A stretch of DNA of 20,000 nt from Chiloscyllium plagiosum. Its lineage: Eukaryota. How positions within the stretch are numbered: position 1 is the stretch's first letter; each line of letters starts with the position of its first letter. A model generated the notes under the pieces. The model saw nothing but the letters and a program-made list of their open reading frames with translations. It had not been told where the DNA came from and made no database searches. The translations under genes were made by a program, and so were the position numbers. The DNA lies in assembly GCF_004010195.1 (NCBI RefSeq), contig NC_057718.1, positions 48,460,499 through 48,480,498 on the forward strand, given 5' to 3'. Shown here in pieces: positions 11,033 to 20,000 of this stretch.

Positions 11033-11224
11033 CATTTAGGAGGGCTAGACAAAAAGGGAGAAGGAGATACAAAAGAATTCCTAATAAAGGACAGTGTACA
11101 TTGGTATAAAGAACCTTTGATCAAAGAATCAAGATGTAGAATCAGTTTGCACAGAGTTAAGAAACAGCAAGGGCAACAAACACTGGTAGAAATGTTTGTA
11201 AATCACCAGACTCTAGTGAGAGGT

Positions 11225-12110
11225 TTGGGTTGTAGGTTTAGGTTTAATTGTCATGTGTGCTCAAGTAATGGCGTACAAGAATCCAGTGAGAAGTGTACAA
11301 TGTTGCCACACATGGCTCCATCTTAGGTACAAAATCTTGGCTACCAGAAATGGAGAAGTTAAAAAAAAATTTAAAGTTCAGCACTACAGCTTTCTTAGCA
11401 TAAAAGTTGAAAAATAAAGAAATAAAGTTAAAATGTCAAACATTACAGTCCATTCTTGAGCCATTGGCCTAAGCTGGGCTTCCCCAAAGGGTTGGCTGTC
11501 CTGTGCTGGGTATGCTTTCATCTGCGCTGGGCTAAGACCCACCTGGACACACCAGGCTTTGTCACCTCTCACAAGGCTTCAGCCTAGACTAGCATATCAT
11601 CTTTTACCGTGGCTGCCACCATCCATCGCTGCCGCTGCCTCATTGCTGATCACTTTTGCCATCATACTTCGCTGTCACTGCTGATCACTGCTTTGCTGCT
11701 GCCGCCATCTGGGCTTGCACTGGGCTCCAGTTACTGCCATGCTCCATCACTGCGGCTGCCTCTATGGCCCCAGTTTTACGATTGCTCCAGGTCCATGCTG
11801 GGCTCACTGTAGGTCCACACTGAGCTCCCTTGAGGTCTGCGCTGGGTTCCCTCTAGGTCTACGCAGGACTCCCTCGAGTTCACACCGAGCTCCCTCGAGG
11901 TCCAGGCTAGGCTTCGTTTAGGTCCCCACTGAGCTCCCCGAGGTCCAGACTGGGCTCCCTCAAGTCTGCGAGGTCTGCCGTCAATATCATCTGAGCTCAA
12001 GAGGTGAGTAATGAAAATAGAAGATATCAAAGAAAACAAGAAAAGAGAAAAGAAAAGAAAAGCATTTGTAGTGGATGAGCTCTGCCTTGTGAACAATTTC
12101 GAACCCAGCA
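11225..12110 (-). mobile_element. Unclassified, apparently non-coding insertion in the CR1 (possible non-autonomous LINE derivative)
   Basis: Separates CR1 endonuclease from later ORF2 sequence. Minus-strand end CACATGACAATTAAACCTAAACC looks like a short-repeat LINE tail; GC-rich interior with a minisatellite. Confidence 0.45.
11789..11962. repeat. Minisatellite, 8 degenerate units of 21-22 bp, consensus ~AGGTCCACGCTGGGCTCCCTCG
   Basis: Units start at 11789, 11811, 11833, 11855, 11877, 11898, 11920 and 11941. Confidence 0.85.
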
Positions 12111-12458
12111 AAAGAGGATCAACAAACTGACTAACAAAGGAAAAATAGGATAAATATCCAACCTAGTAAGGAACATAACAATGGACTACAAAAGCTTCTT
12201 TAGGTAAGTGAAATGAAAAATATTATCTCAAACAAATTTGGACCCATTACAAGAAGGGCAGCAAACCAGATAGTTACAGGCCAGTTAGGCTGATGTCAGT
12301 GGTTGGGAAAGTATTGGGAAAAGTGCGATAGGAAAGAACTAAACAACATTTAGAAACAATAGTAGTCATTATTTGGAGATGCCAGTGTTGGACTTGGGTG
12401 TACAAAGTTAGAAATCACAAAACACCAGGTTATAGTCCAACAGGTTTAATTGGAAGCA

Positions 12459-12493
12459 CACTAGCTTTCGGAGCGACGCTCCTTCATCAGGTG
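12459..12493 (-). ncRNA. Minimal type I hammerhead ribozyme, intact core
   Basis: Minus strand: CAC|CTGATGA|A|GGAGC-GTC-GCTCC|GAAA|GC|TA|GTG. Confidence 0.88.
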
Positions 12494-12538
12494 ATAGTGG
12501 AGGGCTCGATTCTGTGTTACGATCGAGCCTTCCACTAT

Positions 12539-12573
12539 CACCTGATGAAGGAGCGTCGCTCCGAAAGCTAGTG
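12539..12573 (+). ncRNA. Minimal type I hammerhead ribozyme, intact core; predicted cleavage after A12570 (CUA)
   Basis: CAC|CTGATGA|A|GGAGC-GTC-GCTCC|GAAA|GC|TA|GTG: stem I CAC/GTG, 5-bp stem II, AGCT palindrome at stem III. Confidence 0.9.
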
Positions 12574-13835
12574 TGCTTCCAATTAAACCTGTTGGACTAC
12601 AACCTGTTGTTGTGTGATTTTTAACATTTGGAAAGGCAGTGATTGGTCAGTGATAGTCAGCACTGATTAGAGTGGATCCTATCTGACAAAAATTTAGTTG
12701 AGCTTTTTGAAAAGGTGATGAAATATATCAATGAAGGTAGCGCAGTTAATGTGGTTTACATCGACTTCAGTCAGGCCTTTGATGAGGTCCCACATGGAAA
12801 GCTGGTCCAAAAAGCAAGAGCCCATGGGATTCAAGGCAGGTTGGATCCAAAATTAGCTTGCAAATAGAAAGCAGAGTGATGATGGAGTGTTGTTTTGTAA
12901 TTGGAAGCTGTGACCAGCAGTGTACTACAGGGATTGGTGCATGGACTTTTGCCTTTTATGTACATTAATGACTTGGACGTGAATGTAAAAAGTTTAGTTA
13001 GTAAGTTTGTAGATGACCCATAAATTGGTGGTGTTGTTGATTATGAGGAGGATGATCCAAGGCTACACTTTAATATTGATCAGCTGGGAAATTGAACAAA
13101 GCAATTACAGATAGAAGTTAATCCTGATAAGTTTGATCTGATACATTTTAGGAGATCTAACAAGAGAAAGATATTTACAATGAATGGTAGGTCCTTGGGG
13201 AGTATTGAGGAACAAAGGGGCCTTGATGTACAAATCCATATATCCTTGAAGGTGTCAGCTTAGGTAGAACGGGTGATGAAGAAGGCATAGGAGATGCTTG
13301 CCTTTATTAGCCAGGATGTAGACTATCGGAACAAGTCACAACTTTATGAAGCATTGCTTAGGCAACAGCTGGAATACTGTATGCAGTTCTGGGGGGGTCA
13401 CCACATTATTGGAAGGACATGATTGGAGAGAGTGCAGAGAAGATTCACCAGGATGTTGCCTGGGATGAAAAACTCAGTTATGAGGAGAGACTGGATAGGT
13501 TGGGTTTGTTATCCTTGGAGGAGAAATCGAGCAGGGATCTGATTGAGATATGCAAAATTATGAGAAACATTGACAGGGTACATCATGAGTCTCCCCATGG
13601 CAGACTTGCCGAAGTGCATGAGTTTAAAGTGAGATGTAAGTGGTTTAAAGGAGATATGAAATAATTTTTTTCACCCAGAGAGTATAGAAGTATGATACAT
13701 GCTGCCTGAGAGGGTGGTGGAGGCAAGTACTCTCACAACATTTAAGAAGCATCTGGATGGGCACTAAATGCCAGGGCATAATAGGGTATCGACCAAGTGC
13801 AAATTAATGGGATTACTGTGGTTTAATGTTTGTTA

Positions 13836-14333
13836 TGTTATGACATAGGGTAAACCCACCCCTGGTAATTTAAACCAGCAATACAGAAAAAAATTACCCT
13901 GTGTGGTAATCTGTGAAAATTCAAGAGGTCAAGAACTATCCCAAAAAGCCACTATTTAAAGTACAAAAATTTAAGAATTTTATTCTTTACGTCTATCATA
14001 GAATATTAATCAACAACTATTTACAAATCCTTTCTCTAGCATACCTTTTACTTTCCAATCTGCAATACTGGTCCGATAAAATCCTGATTAAGATTTACTG
14101 AAAAATTCTAATTTCAAAATCAGCCAGTTATCAAATCTTCCCTTTGTAGATTTGCTCTCCCGGTCAGTGTCAATGTTTTTTTCTGCGCAAACATCTTCTC
14201 TAAACGGGTACCTCTCAGAGAGTTCTCACTAGCAGCCTACCTCTGTTGGTCTTTTGGCAGTTCTCCCCCAACTGTTCATTTTTTTTTGGGTTTTATACCC
14301 CAAAGCATCGGAACATTTCATTGGTTTTTAATA
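13836..14333 (-). repeat. 3' LTR, truncated on its internal side
   Basis: Direct repeat of 15913-~16398 (e.g. GGTAATTTAAACCAGCAA, GATTAAGATTTACTGAAAAATTCTAATTTCAAAATCAGCCAG); similarity ends at CATTGGTTTTTAATA. Confidence 0.9.
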
Positions 14334-14334
14334 A

Positions 14335-15731
14335 ACATTACCCACAGAGATGAATTCTTTGCAGAGATCAGGTACTAACTCCATACCCAGCCCGTTCCCA
14401 CTCTCCTGCACTCTCCTGCAGCTCCTCAGCTCTTCTTGGGGTCTCCTTTGCTACCTTCACTCATGCAACTGGCTTAGCTTCTTTTACCACATCTGTTCCC
14501 ACAGTGCCTTTATTTAATGACCAGCACTGTGGTCATTCTGGCAGCGAAAACACCTTTTCTCAGAGCCCATCTGAGACCACTGGCACTGTAATGTTCTGTG
14601 ACCCAGTCCATTACAGTGAAAACACCTGAGGCCGTTCACCTCTTTTTCACCCTCATGGGCTTCTTTAACTTGTGATAAATTCCTATCAGTGTTCTCTACT
14701 CCTTGTTTCGTAGTACAGGATCTCCCCTTCTCCCAACTTCTATCCCTCACAGAATGAAGTTTTGGCTGGAAGCTTATCTTGTGCCCCAACATGTACTCAT
14801 CTGCTAATTCTGCTGCCCTTCTCATTTCCTGAACTTTCTGTTCCTCCACATGAATTCTTACCATCTCTGGAAGTGAGTTTTTAAACTCTTCCAGCAGGAT
14901 GATCACTGTTAGAGCCTCAAAGGTCCTACCTATTTTTAAAGCACGCATCCAGCTATCAAAATGACTGTTTAATTCTTTCGAACTCAGCATAAGTCTGTTC
15001 TGGTTTTTTCTTTGTGTTTCTGAACTGCTGTTTATATGCTTCTGGTACCAATTCATAAGCCCTTAAAATAGCCTGTTTGATCTCTTCATAATCTCTTGAC
15101 CCCTCATCTGACAGGGTGGAAAATACCTCATTAGCTCTGTCTACCAGTTTAGTCTGAACTAGCGTTACCCATAAATCCTCGAATCACTCCATCTGCCTAG
15201 CCAATATTTCAAATGAAATAAAGAAGGCTTCAACACCTTTCTCATCAAAATGTGTATATCACTACCTTCTCTTTTAACTTCCATCCTGTTGACTTGACTT
15301 TGCTATGTCACAAATTCTCAAGTTCAAATTCTCTCTCTTTGTCTCTCCCTTTCTTCTCTGTCTCTTTGCTCAGCTAAGTACCTTCTTTCTCTCTCTTTCC
15401 TCTATCTCTCTTTTTCCTGTCTCTCTCTTCTCTCTCTCTTCCTCTTTCTCTCTCCCTCTCTCCTTCCTCTCTCTGTTTATCTTCTAACTCCATTTTCCTC
15501 AACTGTAATTTAAGTTTTTACATCTCTACTACAAGTGTGTTTCTCTGACACACCTAAGCGTTTGAGTAACTCTTTTACAATTTCAGCTTTATGTCTGCCC
15601 CTGGTTAAACCTAACTCTAATTTCTTTGCAAATTCTAAAAGTATGGCCTTTTTCTTTCCTTCTAAGCTTTCTTGGAAAATTTGAGAATCATCTTCAAATC
15701 CCAGAACCTCTTTAGCAGTTTTAAGAGCCAT
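14335..15731 (-). pseudogene. Gypsy gag remnant: coiled coil, capsid/SCAN-like domain, CCHC zinc knuckle
   Basis: MALKTAKEVLG.. (ATG 15731); E/R/K-rich tract; FDEKGVEAFFISFE..DYEEIKQAILRAYELVPEAYKQQFR; IILLEEFKNSLPEMVRIHVEEQK..AAELADEY; CFHCNGLGHRTLQC; ends at PDLCKEFISVGNV. Stops and frameshifts present. Confidence 0.9.
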
Positions 15732-15891
15732 TTCTCTCACTTTTAATTTAATTAACCACAAGTCACTGAAATTAAACACATTGTCTCACTTACGTTTTAT
15801 TTACAGATCTAGGACACTAACCTGCAAGTGTTTAAAGCTGCTGTGATTCCTCATACCCCAAATCTATTCAAATCTGTCTAAACCAGTTCAA

Positions 15892-15909
15892 ATCCTGGAC
15901 GATCCCCAA
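15892..15909 (-). promoter_or_regulatory. Primer binding site, tRNA-Pro type
   Basis: Minus strand TTGGGGATCGTCCAGGAT vs canonical TGGGGGCTCGTCCGGGAT (15/18), 3 nt from the LTR end. Confidence 0.85.
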
Positions 15910-15912
15910 ATC

Positions 15913-16627
15913 TATTATGATACAGGTAACCCCCCCGACCTCGGTAATTTAAACCAGCAACAAAGAAAAAATTTCACAGTAATCTGTAGACGCCAAGAAC
16001 TATCCCAAAAGTATAAAAGTTAAAGTACAAAAAATTTAAGAACTTTCTGCTTTACGTCTAACATAGAATATTAACCAACAACTATTACCAATTACTTTCT
16101 CTAACTTATCTTTTACTTTCCCTTCTGCAATATTGGTCCGATAAAATCCCTGATTAAGATTTACTGAAAAATTCTAATTTCAAAATCAGCCAGCTATCGA
16201 ATCTTCGCTTTGTAGATTTGTTCTCCCAGTCAGTGTCAATGTTTTTTTCCGTGCAACCACCTTCTCTAGATGGGTACCTCTCAGAGAGTTCTCACTAACG
16301 GCCTACCTCTGTTGGTCTTTTGGCAGTTCTCCCCCAACTGTTCAATTCTTTTTGGTTTTATACCCTAAAGCATTGGATCATTACATTGGTTTTTAATATT
16401 GTCAAAATACTAAATTCAAACTGAATTGGAGTTGGGTATCTTGGGGTATAATTTAAACTGATTGGCCAAATTCGAATTTGCTTTTGTATCCAGCCAACCC
16501 AGCTAATCTAGCTGTTCGACCAAATGTTACATTGTTACTTTGTTCAGAACACTTGGTGCCGTAACAGGTAGTTCTGCTAGCTTTTCAACTCTTTTAAAGG
16601 CTCAATAGCCCTTACACCTTCATAACA
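15913..16627 (-). repeat. 5' LTR, complete (~715 bp)
   Basis: T(A)TTATGA...TCATAACA termini, adjacent to the PBS. Confidence 0.9.
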
Positions 16628-16662
16628 GCTGGGCTGTCTCTATGTTGAATGACTCTGTAACT
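16628..16662 (+). mobile_element. Probable CR1 tail displaced by the Gypsy insertion
   Basis: CTGTCTCTATGTTGAATGACTCTGTAACT resembles the CR1 terminal CTGTTTCCATGCTGTATGACTCT motif. Confidence 0.55.
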
Positions 16663-16697
16663 TCTTCCCCAAATTTGCTGATTAAATCTCTTTTGAA

Positions 16698-16778
16698 TTG
16701 CCTCCAATGCCAGTATCCCCTTTCTAAAATTTAGGGACCATAACTGTACTCAGTACTCCAGGTGCAGCTTCACTAGAT
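16698..16778 (-). mobile_element. Short CR1 fragment
   Basis: Minus strand LVKLHLEY*VQLWS..RKGILALEA. Confidence 0.7.
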
Positions 16779-16884
16779 GAGCTTCATTCCAGAGTATTCA
16801 ACCTTTCAAAATTCTATAGATTCTGGATAGATTTCAGCTGACTGAAAAGTAGTAAATATAACTTCACTCTTTAAGTAGAGAGAG

Positions 16885-17071
16885 AAAGTCAGAAGTCACA
16901 CCACACCAGGTTATTTGAAATCACAAGCTCCTTCGTCAAGATTCCCTCCACTTTACCTGAGGAAGGAGCAGTGCTCTGAAAGCTTGTGATTTCAAATAAA
17001 TCTGTTGGACTATCACCTGGTGTCATGAGAATTCTGATTTTGTCCACCCCAGTCCAACCCAGAACCTCCAA
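16885..17071. mobile_element. Palindromic Penelope-like-derived insertion (family B, diverged), left arm internally deleted
   Basis: Homologous to 12376-12625 in opposite orientation (CTGTTGGACTA..CCTGGTGT..TTTGTCCACCCCAGTCCAAC..CTCCA). Left arm TTATTTGAAATCACAAGCT is the inverse of AGCTTGTGATTTCAAATAA. Confidence 0.85.
16954..16988 (+). ncRNA. Minimal hammerhead ribozyme, core intact, wobble pairs in stems I and II
   Basis: TAC|CTGAGGA|A|GGAGC-AGT-GCTCT|GAAA|GC|TT|GTG; predicted cleavage triplet CUU. Confidence 0.8.
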
Positions 17072-17774
17072 GAGGAGAAGGAGGGAGAATGGATAACTAC
17101 ATACCTGTTAGGTTAATGCCAAGTGGAGGGAAATATTAGCATTTATTATAATGGATGTCATAACTTGATACTGTATATACTTGTGTATATGTCAAAATTT
17201 GAAGATGGTTTTTTAAATCTGAAATTAGTAGGTCAGCTTATACATGAGGTATTGTTTTCAAGGGGATGAATATTTATCCACAAAATACATAAAATGGGAA
17301 ATTTACCTTCCCGGCAGCTCCCTGGTCCCTGGTTCTGGAACATTCCCTGTAACATGTTTGGGCATGGTAAACCGCAGGTAACCGAATCCAACTTCATGGA
17401 TACAGCAGTCACCCCATACTGTCGTACCATTATAGTAATTCTGAAAACCTGGAGTGAAGCGTGACAGCTGGCAGACTGGAAGACCCAGAATGGAGTGGTA
17501 CAGCCAACAGACTGGAAAGCTGGAGCGGAGTGCAAGGAGCAGGTACCGTGACTCATAAATGTTGATCTGTAACTGTGAAGAACTAGGGTTAACTTATACA
17601 CGAAATATATGGAAAATGTAAGATACTTTGGCCAAAGTAAGGGATCACTTATACTTAAGATTTACCTATATACAAATAAATACAGTATTTAAAGATGATT
17701 GATAGAATTGGGTAGAGTTGCGAAAAGAAAATTATTTTTGACAAATGTTTTAAAATATTTTGAGTATATTATTT

Positions 17775-18655
17775 GTAGCATTGATCAGCCAAATTTGCTG
17801 ATGGCACCAAACTGGGTGAGAATGTAAGAAAAGTTATGACGATTTGTACAGGCAATATGAATGGGCTAGAACATGATAAGTGGAACATAATGTGAATATG
17901 AGTGAAATTACTCATCTTACACGGAAAAAAGAAGCAGATTACTCCTTTCATTGGTGAAAAAATGTGTATCTAAATGGACCTGAATGTCCTTGATCATGAG
18001 TCATTAATAGCATCCAATGCAGCAAGCAACTAGATAGGCAAATGACACATTGGCCTTCAACACAAGGGTATTTGACTACTGGACTAAGGGTGACTCGCTG
18101 GAGATATACAGACACTTGGAATGTTATGTAGTTTTAGTCTGACAGCCTAAGGTGTGATACAATTGCCATAGAGAGAGTGCAATGGCAGTTCACCAGTTTA
18201 ATCCCCGAACTGTAGGATTGTCTAATGAGGAAAATTTGAGGAGACTGGGTCTGTACTCCTTAGACTTTTGAAGAATGAGGTTTGACCTAATTGAAAATTA
18301 CAATATTGTTACAGGGCATGTCAAGCTGGTTGTAGATATAACATACCCCACAGCTTTTGAGTCTAAAAACAAGGGATATAGTCTTGGGATAAGGAATGGG
18401 TCATTTAATACTGATATGAGGAGAAATGTCATCATTCACTTTAGTGAAATTTTGGAATCCTCTACCCCAGAAAAACATGGAACTCAATCATTGAGCATGC
18501 TCAAATTGATAAATTTCTGGAGACAGATGATACCAAGGGATGTCAGGATGGTGCAGGGAAGTAGCATTCAGGTTGATGATCAGCCAGGATCGAATTTAAT
18601 GGCACAGAAGGCTCAATGGACTGAATAACTTAATCCTGTTTTAATGTCTCTATGC
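17775..18655 (+). mobile_element. Decayed CR1 LINE 3' fragment
   Basis: AKFADGTKLG, AIERVQWQFT and MRFDLIENYNI motifs, with a CR1-type tail near 18610-18655. Confidence 0.85.
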
Positions 18656-19174
18656 TGAGGCTGAACCAATGTTTAATATTTTCATACTCTGTTTCTTCAA
18701 GCGTCTTATTGGTTTAAAGAAAATGTATTATTTTCTATTATATTCCTTTTATGGTTCATTTGTTCCAGGCACTGATCTGCTTGATTTTTGAGATCTCTCA
18801 ATCCTGTTTTCAGTCAGTATACGTATAAATAATATTGTCTTTCATGCCTCCACTTAATGTACCTTTCATTCATGTCAGATTTTCTTTCGAGTTCTTCACT
18901 CAATTAATTTCTGGGACAAAAGGCTCATATAATGTGGAAACATCTCCTGAGAGCACTCTTACTCTCCTTCCATCATCATTACCTTCAAATAGTTTTTCTG
19001 CAACGCCGTTAAAAAATATTTTCAGGAACATTAAATTCCCTCAGAGTCCGCTAATAATGGTTCTAAGTGCAATTCTGCTTCAACATTAATGGGAGTGAAA
19101 TTGGACTCTAACAGTATTTGAAAACAGGCTGAAAGAAAACTGTTTAGTCATGGTGATAGCCTTCCTTTTTTAAA

Positions 19175-19706
19175 ATGTATTTTTTCACAGGTTTTGGCTG
19201 TCACTGGCTAATCCAACATTTATTGACCCTCTCTATTGTACTCCAGAAGGTGGTGGTGTGCCATCTTCTTGAACCATTATAGTCCATCTGTTGTGATGAT
19301 TTCCAAAATTTGGATCCAACTACAGTAAAGGAACGTCAATATTTTTTCAAGTCAGGATGATGTATGCTTGAAGGAGACTCTTTAGCTGGTGATGCTCTAG
19401 TGCATAGGCTGTCCCATCCCTGTCATTCCAGTTGATAGAAGTTGACTTGGTAAGCTGCTGTTTAATGAGTGAATTATGCCAGTGCATCTTGGAGTTGCTC
19501 CACACTGCTGCTGCTGAAGGGATGCAGTGGCATTGAGCTTCTTGTGTGTTTTTTGCAGCTCCAGTCATCCAGTCAAGAGGAGAGTACTCCATCACCTTCT
19601 TGATATATGCCATGTAGATGGAAGACAGTCACTGGGGTGTAAGGCGGTGAATTACATGATGCAGAATCCCCAGCCTCTAAACTGTTCTGGTAGTCACAAT
19701 ATTTAT
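19175..19706 (-). mobile_element. Decayed CR1/L2-group LINE 3' part, same family as 5700-6712
   Basis: Minus strand KVMEYSPLDWMTGA, KMHWHNS and tail GGTTCAAGAAGATGGCACACCACCACCTTC..AATAAATGTTGG. Confidence 0.75.
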
Positions 19707-19710
19707 TATC

Positions 19711-20000
19711 CGCCTATTACCCGCCCTCGACCTCTTCATCTCCAACTGCCGCCGGGACATTAACAGCCTCAACCTGTCTACCCCCTCCCCCACTCCAACC
19801 TCTTACCCTCACAACGTGCAGCCCTCCAATCCCTCTGCTCCAAGCCAGCAGATAAAAGGGGCGCAGTGGTAGTCTGGCTCACTGACCTCTACACCGCTGA
19901 AGCCAAACGCCAACTCGAGGACACCTCTTCCTACTGCCCCCTCGGCCATGTCCCCACCCCCACCAACCAAACCATCATCTCCCAGGCCATACAGAACCTC
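19711..20000 (+). mobile_element. Penelope-like element reverse transcriptase N-terminal fragment, runs off the window
   Basis: LLPALDLFISNCRRDINSLNLSTP / LPHSNLLPSQRAALQSLCSKPADKRGAVVVWLTDLYTAEAKRQLEDTSSYCPL..PT matches the PLE pattern SNL..R.AL..L...KPADKGGAVVV....Y..EA.RQL.D...Y..L..DPT. One frameshift near 19785. Confidence 0.9.

Larger units (their letters stand above)
10790..11220 (+). mobile_element. CR1 ORF2 APE endonuclease remnant, interrupted at 10910-11032
   Basis: VDDLCAH..DLIAI..QSDQDWELNIQG, then after the insert KGEGD..LIKD and VESVCTELRNSKGQQTLV. Confidence 0.8.
12357..12625. mobile_element. Palindromic Penelope-like-derived insertion (family B)
   Basis: Inverted arms 12407-12510 and 12522-12625 (104 bp, 5 mismatches by eye), 11-nt loop, unpaired extension on the left. 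Candidate TSD AACATTT(A/G)GAAA 12345-12356/12623-12634, or ATTTGGA 12371-12377/12626-12632. Confidence 0.9.
12112..13835 (+). mobile_element. CR1 ORF2 RT and 3' region, interrupted by the PLE palindrome
   Basis: DYKSFFR, SYRPVRLMSVVGKVL, VVYIDFSQAFDEVPHGKL, YINDLDV, VSKFVDD, QLEYCMQFW and LSYEERLDRLGL; many stops/frameshifts. May be more than one element. Confidence 0.92.
13836..16627 (-). mobile_element. Internally deleted Gypsy LTR retrotransposon (SCAN-domain Gag, Gmr1-like)
   Basis: Termini TGTTATGA...TCATAACA, two direct LTR copies, PBS and gag remnant; pol absent. Confidence 0.92.

Noticed and set aside
11789..11962. CRISPR array
   Set aside because: Units are contiguous and degenerate with no unique spacers; vertebrate context and no cas genes.
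12407..12625. DNA-transposon MITE or pre-miRNA interpretation of the palindrome
   Set aside because: The element extends beyond one arm, no TA or 8-bp TSD flanks the arms, and the hammerhead core points to PLE origin. Small-RNA production is not excluded.
13832..13835. Target site duplication for the Gypsy element
   Set aside because: Flanks GTTA and GCTG (16628-16631) differ at 2 of 4 positions; not supportable.
15305..15487. Hydrophobic L/S/F-rich ORF or CT microsatellite
   Set aside because: Antisense of the E/R/K-rich coiled-coil part of Gypsy gag.
17233..17601. 122-aa ORF as a host exon; possible Tigger/pogo-like end at ~17365-17422
   Set aside because: No recognisable protein; the transposon resemblance is weak and I found no partner terminal repeat.

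Overview
Repeat-dense vertebrate genomic DNA, not prokaryotic; the repeat content suggests a cartilaginous fish (inference). The only host coding sequence I can support is the last exon of an mARC (MTARC1/MTARC2, MOSC-domain) gene at 3099-3228 (+), which the ORF track misses. Most of the rest is decayed, nested retroelements: CR1-group LINEs, a SINE head, an internally deleted SCAN-domain Gypsy LTR element with a tRNA-Pro PBS, and a Penelope-like (PLE) reverse transcriptase fragment at the right edge. The most notable signal is five short PLE-type insertions carrying minimal type I hammerhead ribozyme motifs (CUGANGA-A-stemII-GAAA-palindromic stem III-UH) in two sequence families with covarying stems. 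Three of them are palindromes; the one at 12407-12625 has 104-bp arms and an intact hammerhead core on each strand. Minimal hammerheads in PLEs are known in general, so novelty would lie in these families and their palindromic non-autonomous form.
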